A stretch of 64,000 nt of DNA from Candidatus Helarchaeota archaeon. GTDB lineage: Archaea; Asgardarchaeota; Lokiarchaeia; Helarchaeales; RDOG01. Positions within the stretch are counted from its first letter, which is position 1, and every line of letters begins with the position of its first letter. The notes beneath the pieces were generated by a model that was not told the DNA's origin, did no database searches, and was given only the letters and a program-made list of their open reading frames with translations. The stretch is taken from positions 249,715 through 313,714 of the forward strand of contig JAHPZH010000006.1 in assembly GCA_019058315.1 (NCBI GenBank). The letters are read 5' to 3'. A program made the translations under genes and the position numbers. Below, one piece after another: positions 60,901 to 64,000 of the stretch.

Positions 60901-62785
60901 AAATATAAAAAATATTAAATTTATACAAGTATCTGACCTAGAAGAGCTTAAAAAAGCTGTTAATAGCTTAATTAGTATCATTAAGCAGTTTAAAACTAAA
61001 CTGATCATAGTTAATCAGCCAATTCCTCTTATTAGGCAGCAGTTAGTCATAGAAAACGAACAAGTTTTAATAACAACCATTGCAAAACGGGCAGATGTGG
61101 CTACAAAAATAAGTTGGGCTCTTAGTAAAATTGCAGGAAATCACAATATAATTGTGTTATTAACCCATGTAATTTATAAGGAAGAAGAAAAAGAAACACT
61201 CCCCTATCAGAATATGGCTAAATTTCATACGGAATTATTCTTAGAAAGAGATATGGGTAGATACTTGAAATTACATTTAACAGAAGAGGATCTTTATAGG
61301 GATTTTTGTAATTCGGTTCTAAGAAAAGGAAAATCTTCAGAATTATCATTATCAGACTTTTGCCATCCTCATATATTAATGCAGACAAATGAAATTCTCG
61401 ATGATGATCTTTACAAAGATTACCCTGAATTACAATTCTGCATGGAAGGAATGAATATTGCAGGAATAAAATATGTGCTTTTTATTTTCAACTCATTTAT
61501 AGCTCCTGATAAAGTTGATAAATTAAGAAACAGGATTGAAGTAAAAAGAGGTCAAAATATCGATATCTGCTTATGGTATAATAGTAATTTCCATATCTAT
61601 AATTTTGATAAAAGAAATATTAATTTAAAGGTTCTTTTAAAGTTCGGAGGGGAGATAGATGGTGACCAAATAAAATTTGATAAGGAAAAATACTCTAAAT
61701 TCTTTAAATCATTTGGAGAGTTTTTTATAGAATTACTTAATGTAAATATCGAACATCAAATTTCTGATTATAAACAATTTTTAAAAATTTTAGAAGTGTT
61801 TAGTCTTAATTTCTTTCAAGAAGCATGGTTCGATTTTGATTCACGAATAATTAAGGATGATATAATTAATGGGATAAATCCAATTAACAAGAAAAAAATA
61901 ATAAAAAGGATCACCGATTTTTTTGAATCATCTATCCATATGAAATCAGGATTAAGAGTCAGATGGTACGAATTACATATTCAATTATTGAATTATTTAA
62001 ATCTAGATAAGGCTCAAGAATTTCTTAACTTATTATTTAATCATTTCTATAAATTTAATGATTGGTCAGATATTAATATTGTTAGAGAAAGTATAAAACA
62101 CTTCTTGAATCAAATATTGTTTTCTATTTTATTAAATAGAATTCGGGCAGAACGGGAAATAAATCTCAAGATTATAAGTAATTTTTTTGAAGATTTAACA
62201 ATTAGAGAATTCAGAGGATTAATTAGGGAACTATTAAAATTGGAGAAGATTGAAGGATATATTGAAAACTCAATTTTTAAAATTGATTCAATAATTGGAG
62301 AATTTGTTTACCAATTTGAAGAAATTTTAAAAAATAAACAACTAGGTCCTTATAAAACACACATTAAACCTCAAATTATTGAACCCATACCTATTAAAGA
62401 GGAATATGTAGAAGAACTGGAACGTCTTAATTATAATCACCCTGCCCTCGAATATTGTAAAGCTGGTGAAACAGATTTTGGACAAAGATTTCTATTATTT
62501 GAATTTAACGATTTTATCCATAAAAAAGAACAAACTGAATTTCGAGAGAATATCACTGAAATGCGAGATTTAGATATCTGTCTTTGGATAGATGGCAATG
62601 TTTCAATTTATAATAGAAATCCTCTATTCGTAAATTTAGGAATTATTGTTATTGAACTCTTAGATGGGGAAATCCGATCGAAGGACAGGGAAATTCTATT
62701 TATTTATGAATCAGAATATGAGAAATTTGGATCTTTTAAAGATTTAATAAATCAAATTACTAAGCTTGACTTAAAAAATCCATAA
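54983..62785 (+). CDS. cas1: Giant fusion: SF2 helicase - wHTH - Zn fingers - Cas1 - DHH/DHHA1 - degenerate RadA-like - two DHHA1-like repeats
   Basis: APTGKGKT/DESH/HAG/QMIGR; Cas1 motifs ARQMVYAKIMSN, AEG, DKYNACLNYLY, AG..GILH, DFMDSYRP; DHH motifs HVDFDG, AD, DHH; SIR...GHETA. Start codon uncertain. Confidence 0.85.
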   Translation: MIKLIELFLIIFLNFPSLLVLISFLYILFLSISKHINYADGYARKKGFLIENYYDYQKDGYKIILSGESIFIVAPTGKGKTELAKLALSRSLSKKKVGVYLVPTVMLLHQKAKELEEFYENEVKILIMQAEIKPRNEDLKDALGHTIIVATYEAFRSFLFEIQKRRYFNTRKPFGSVVIDESHMLGNESRGAKLETMLLKLQKEHNPQFCFLSGSFSEKSAKKWAKKFNCKLRYDSLERNFKGKIVEKFDADYKGIDPKLLRMKKDEKRDLTITECNIFFKSHIIESKMAIKPGKMLIFTYSRRAAEELCYDIYNFLWSKYFDYRKNIFCDYIHAGIDLERRKQIFNSFMSEDGIRFLFCSPVLEVGVDIKNIHAILITDGEIYNTVELTQMIGRSREEGSLIIFLIARKKIKTLKNKLIYNDELNKKYINNLTVLPRGHFFFKGFKLEDIKSQLSLEIIPILALERLFHHQIDLNKLKDHIYSTLSAIAEVDIRKEIIRKLKVYEDFLAKKQRIHNWKEKNKEDIKDFSTAELKKELKRITPLAIENRTQFHYSKLQFREYIRSSRKKIGLTYIGEATVESQINIQTADKLLHFFKTNQKPPSHKCRSLISQLVAKNATAGDPRFRDEGEDKEYIEAKRENIQEFLENFRWDIKTEKISSLKSDFYEGDIENYRKTAIWLSASLYLFYRGFLIHDYVKDIIKKPKEDYWEVDFNERLDEYKKSINRIRRLYRRYQKDPREKRNRKPGIWRHRENWRNKGPSKLDKQILKELKKSGTDGFTVKELYMKIYGDVSFRKIRGHLQNSLADKVEYIIEYGHTGRPNKRYFLKEYFNKPKYKTCNECQYLKYDPTERKKKGESKYKCNFHDNRRIFPKQRACEEFIEKVRMSFKFSSFKFIKNRPKCPGCGQINSIIIPPHGFLSICKNCWIVVFRGERGMFQARKGLQIPAYKLKEKNGFLVAKKRNYKWGIIVKRDFELEVDKDPRSGIYRFFVSKTKRRYFADAVGRITLFGGIISNEAEKVIEDHKIEVIEHSQEEIKRSEQQEKIENELRERVWKRRRKGELIEVARQMVYAKIMSNVIYTIKLGRQILKEWKRESLLEMYEEELKYKQLDRIVLTYLFYDPDIKLTWRDREEIIDILNKFRSAEGNAEIAAWESVKRVLSRKYQFIGRQSQRYAQTILYYGAKAYDKYNACLNYLYQLLQEKAGKALEKAGFNRFFPGPGILHYRIKKRERHRKYKNFYSIMTKKNKELLFDFMDSYRPTIRYYFGEFLRNDELDDSKDIWWGLDELRRRVYYVSETGKNKLKILFEEICSRKFYYKNESKTILEIMETEAQNLADYLKSEESLEYVPFCAFETREDAQWVFHIVQTIDKILGNGKIPEYMDLKPEETPKKDISIEPEIVHSTSILDPRVNICIVPHVDFDGYKSALNLTFMHSRNKSISIFPATNSYQFNYIETVLEKKVSRALKHDQRNIIYIADFPFFHSRMQFLNRLHKRFQTYGLKVEIIWFDHHPATESEEQLSLRKIFMERRGWKFYYSRKDDTQDIITRYMNQIMEKHKSFKESDRKESMDLNNWLKITREIIIFEEGYLFYRYYLYHLFKKGEKINLASFFRDLYGYKLPRKRKGLRKYLDRQKKLIKHPEKLLYYWEFGWTCDHFYFAAFIFRKDFSISKLDELIHNLGEDPNGIDMIICCWDNKTISIRASKRSGVNLHNIFNKNMGHETAIGILNPMCEYLGVDEWEDEYHYINIGHYITFDEVLVRIKISSLFDYDKQYQERFAATKLNIKAYDDDFFTTLKFQRPSKLCFPTYLKEFDKLLQPKTEIRFQAPDKIRTNTEIKIKEDLEGITFAYVYKADKRYNLDIVSDIPVGEEIRLTLNNKVELGIDLNKDDFIIIKGSEKIPKRGGYYCGSYNYMLCHKNEEQYLLDLICYLMLAAQDKNGLNSENVVCINANKFPFYQNLLNIAKKNKDFNLENIKNIKFIQVSDLEELKKAVNSLISIIKQFKTKLIIVNQPIPLIRQQLVIENEQVLITTIAKRADVATKISWALSKIAGNHNIIVLLTHVIYKEEEKETLPYQNMAKFHTELFLERDMGRYLKLHLTEEDLYRDFCNSVLRKGKSSELSLSDFCHPHILMQTNEILDDDLYKDYPELQFCMEGMNIAGIKYVLFIFNSFIAPDKVDKLRNRIEVKRGQNIDICLWYNSNFHIYNFDKRNINLKVLLKFGGEIDGDQIKFDKEKYSKFFKSFGEFFIELLNVNIEHQISDYKQFLKILEVFSLNFFQEAWFDFDSRIIKDDIINGINPINKKKIIKRITDFFESSIHMKSGLRVRWYELHIQLLNYLNLDKAQEFLNLLFNHFYKFNDWSDINIVRESIKHFLNQILFSILLNRIRAEREINLKIISNFFEDLTIREFRGLIRELLKLEKIEGYIENSIFKIDSIIGEFVYQFEEILKNKQLGPYKTHIKPQIIEPIPIKEEYVEELERLNYNHPALEYCKAGETDFGQRFLLFEFNDFIHKKEQTEFRENITEMRDLDICLWIDGNVSIYNRNPLFVNLGIIVIELLDGEIRSKDREILFIYESEYEKFGSFKDLINQITKLDLKNP

Positions 62786-63043
62786 AATTTTTTATATTTT
62801 TTATTAAATCTTAAAACTCTCTTTTTTAAATAATGGTTTTTAAAATGACGTTGTATATATCAACAAAATTAATGAATAAAATTAATACAAGGTATTTAAA
62901 TAAATTATTAATAAAATATTGATTAAAAAGGAATAATGGAAAAAATATAAAATCGGGGGTCTAGCGATTATGATAAAAATTTTAGAAGATAAAAACTTAA
63001 TGAATAATTCCAAAGTTAAACTAGTGTTCTTTAGTGAAAAAAA

Positions 63044-64000
63044 TTGAATGAGAATTCCTATATCCCATGGTACTGGGTTTTACTGGAAAGTATTTATGCA
63101 GGAATTGCACTACCTGCTTTTTTTAGTGGTCTTGATGCGAATTTTGGCAATTTTTTAATGTTTGATGATTTTAGATTTATAATATGTTACATTTTTTTAT
63201 CTTTACTATTTGTTGGAATGATAATTATTGATTTCATAAAAGGACTTATTTATGGAAAAGAAAAAGTCAAATCCGAAATGATTATCAATATTGGCTTCTT
63301 AGTTTTTTCCATAATCAATCATTTTTTAACTTTCTTTTATAAATATGACTCAAGTAATATAATTAACAATAATTTTTTAGGATTTTTAATATTATCGAGT
63401 TCATTTGGTCTTGAATTTCTTATCAACATATCTATAAATGCACCAGATGGGATTAAAGATGCAAAGCAAAAATATCAGCAGTCTAAAGAGGATAATAGGA
63501 ACCGAGATCTATTAAGAGACCGATTAAATGTTCAATTTGGAAGATACAAAAGTAATTCCACAAGAGAACTTGAAAAAAGATTTATAAGAATGTATAATAC
63601 TACATCAAAAGAACCTAGTTTAAAAGAATCAACTCAACTGGGACTCGATCCACAAAAAAGACCGTCTGAAAAATTCTATATTAAATTCTGTCTTGATTAT
63701 AATTTTGTAAAGGAAAAATTAAAAGATTATAAAACTTCCATGCTAGAAATTACTAAAATTATACCATCATTTTTACTCAAAATAGGAAATTCACTTTTTT
63801 ATAAAAATAATTTTAATGGTGCAATAAAATATTATAAAAAAGCTCTTGAAATAAAACCCGACAACTACGATGCTCTTTTTAACTGGGGAACTGCCCTAAT
63901 GGAGATTGCAAGAACCAAGGATGGTGTCGAGGCGGAAGAGTTATACAGGGCATCCTTTGAAAAATATAAAAAAGCTCTTGAAATAAAACCCGACCATTAC
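63044..64000 (+). CDS. Membrane protein with C-terminal TPR repeats (3'-truncated; absent from the ORF track)
   Basis: Open frame from TTG 63044 (MNENSYIPWYW...), about 4 hydrophobic segments, then GAIKYYKKALEIKPDNYDALFNWGTAL...KYKKALEIKPDHY. Confidence 0.85.
   Translation, partial: MNENSYIPWYWVLLESIYAGIALPAFFSGLDANFGNFLMFDDFRFIICYIFLSLLFVGMIIIDFIKGLIYGKEKVKSEMIINIGFLVFSIINHFLTFFYKYDSSNIINNNFLGFLILSSSFGLEFLINISINAPDGIKDAKQKYQQSKEDNRNRDLLRDRLNVQFGRYKSNSTRELEKRFIRMYNTTSKEPSLKESTQLGLDPQKRPSEKFYIKFCLDYNFVKEKLKDYKTSMLEITKIIPSFLLKIGNSLFYKNNFNGAIKYYKKALEIKPDNYDALFNWGTALMEIARTKDGVEAEELYRASFEKYKKALEIKPDHY
63833..63994 (+). repeat. Exact 30-nt direct repeat (132-nt period) inside the TPR-coding region
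   Basis: TATAAAAAAGCTCTTGAAATAAAACCCGAC at 63833-63862 and 63965-63994. Confidence 0.9.

Noticed and set aside
50454-62785. polB plus cas1 as a classical casposon
   Set aside because: The polymerase looks like cellular PolB1 with a PIP-like tail and housekeeping neighbours, an IS separates the two genes, and I found no TIRs or TSD by eye. An element end beyond the window is not excluded.
54788-62965. TCGGG...TAG motifs on both sides of the giant gene (~54792 and ~62953) as element ends
   Set aside because: Too short and mismatched, and in direct rather than inverted orientation.
63048-63158. ATG-started short ORF at 63048
   Set aside because: It stops after 36 codons; the long TM-TPR frame starts at TTG 63044.
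63833-63994. 30-nt exact repeat near a Cas1 gene as the start of a CRISPR array
   Set aside because: The spacer is 102 nt, the period is a multiple of 3, and both copies encode YKKALEIKPD in an open TPR frame.
1-64000. tRNA or rRNA genes
   Set aside because: No GC-rich structured intergenic segment or cloverleaf was seen; intergenic regions are extremely AT-rich.

Overview
Very AT-rich archaeal DNA whose gene content (eukaryote-like E1/E2/RING/JAMM, longin, uDENN, roadblock, Arf-like GTPase, PolB1) points to an Asgard archaeon, probably Loki/Hel-like; that assignment is inferred. In order: tandem 2TM-repeat membrane proteins and a CPBP protease; a Fe-S/FAD oxidoreductase plus 2-hydroxyacyl-CoA dehydratase cluster; a ubiquitin-conjugation locus (triple RWD/UBC-like + RING protein with FANCL-like architecture, Uba3-like E1, E2, JAMM, a ThiF/E1-like protein lacking the crossover-loop Cys, vWA + two RINGs) with no ubiquitin gene in view; a longin/uDENN/roadblock/GTPase cluster next to a 1549-aa surface protein; housekeeping enzymes; a LipS1-LplA-LipS2 lipoylation cluster; PolB1; and a solo tnpB with an IS200/IS605-type right end. 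The most striking feature is a stand-alone 2600-aa protein fusing an SF2 (Hel308/Ski2-like) helicase, wHTH, Zn fingers, a Cas1 integrase domain with its catalytic residues, a DHH/DHHA1 nuclease, a degenerate RadA-like domain and two further DHHA1-like repeats, with no CRISPR array or cas2 in the window. The window ends inside a TM-TPR gene. No rRNA, tRNA or CRISPR array was seen. All domain calls are by-eye motif recognition, not database searches.
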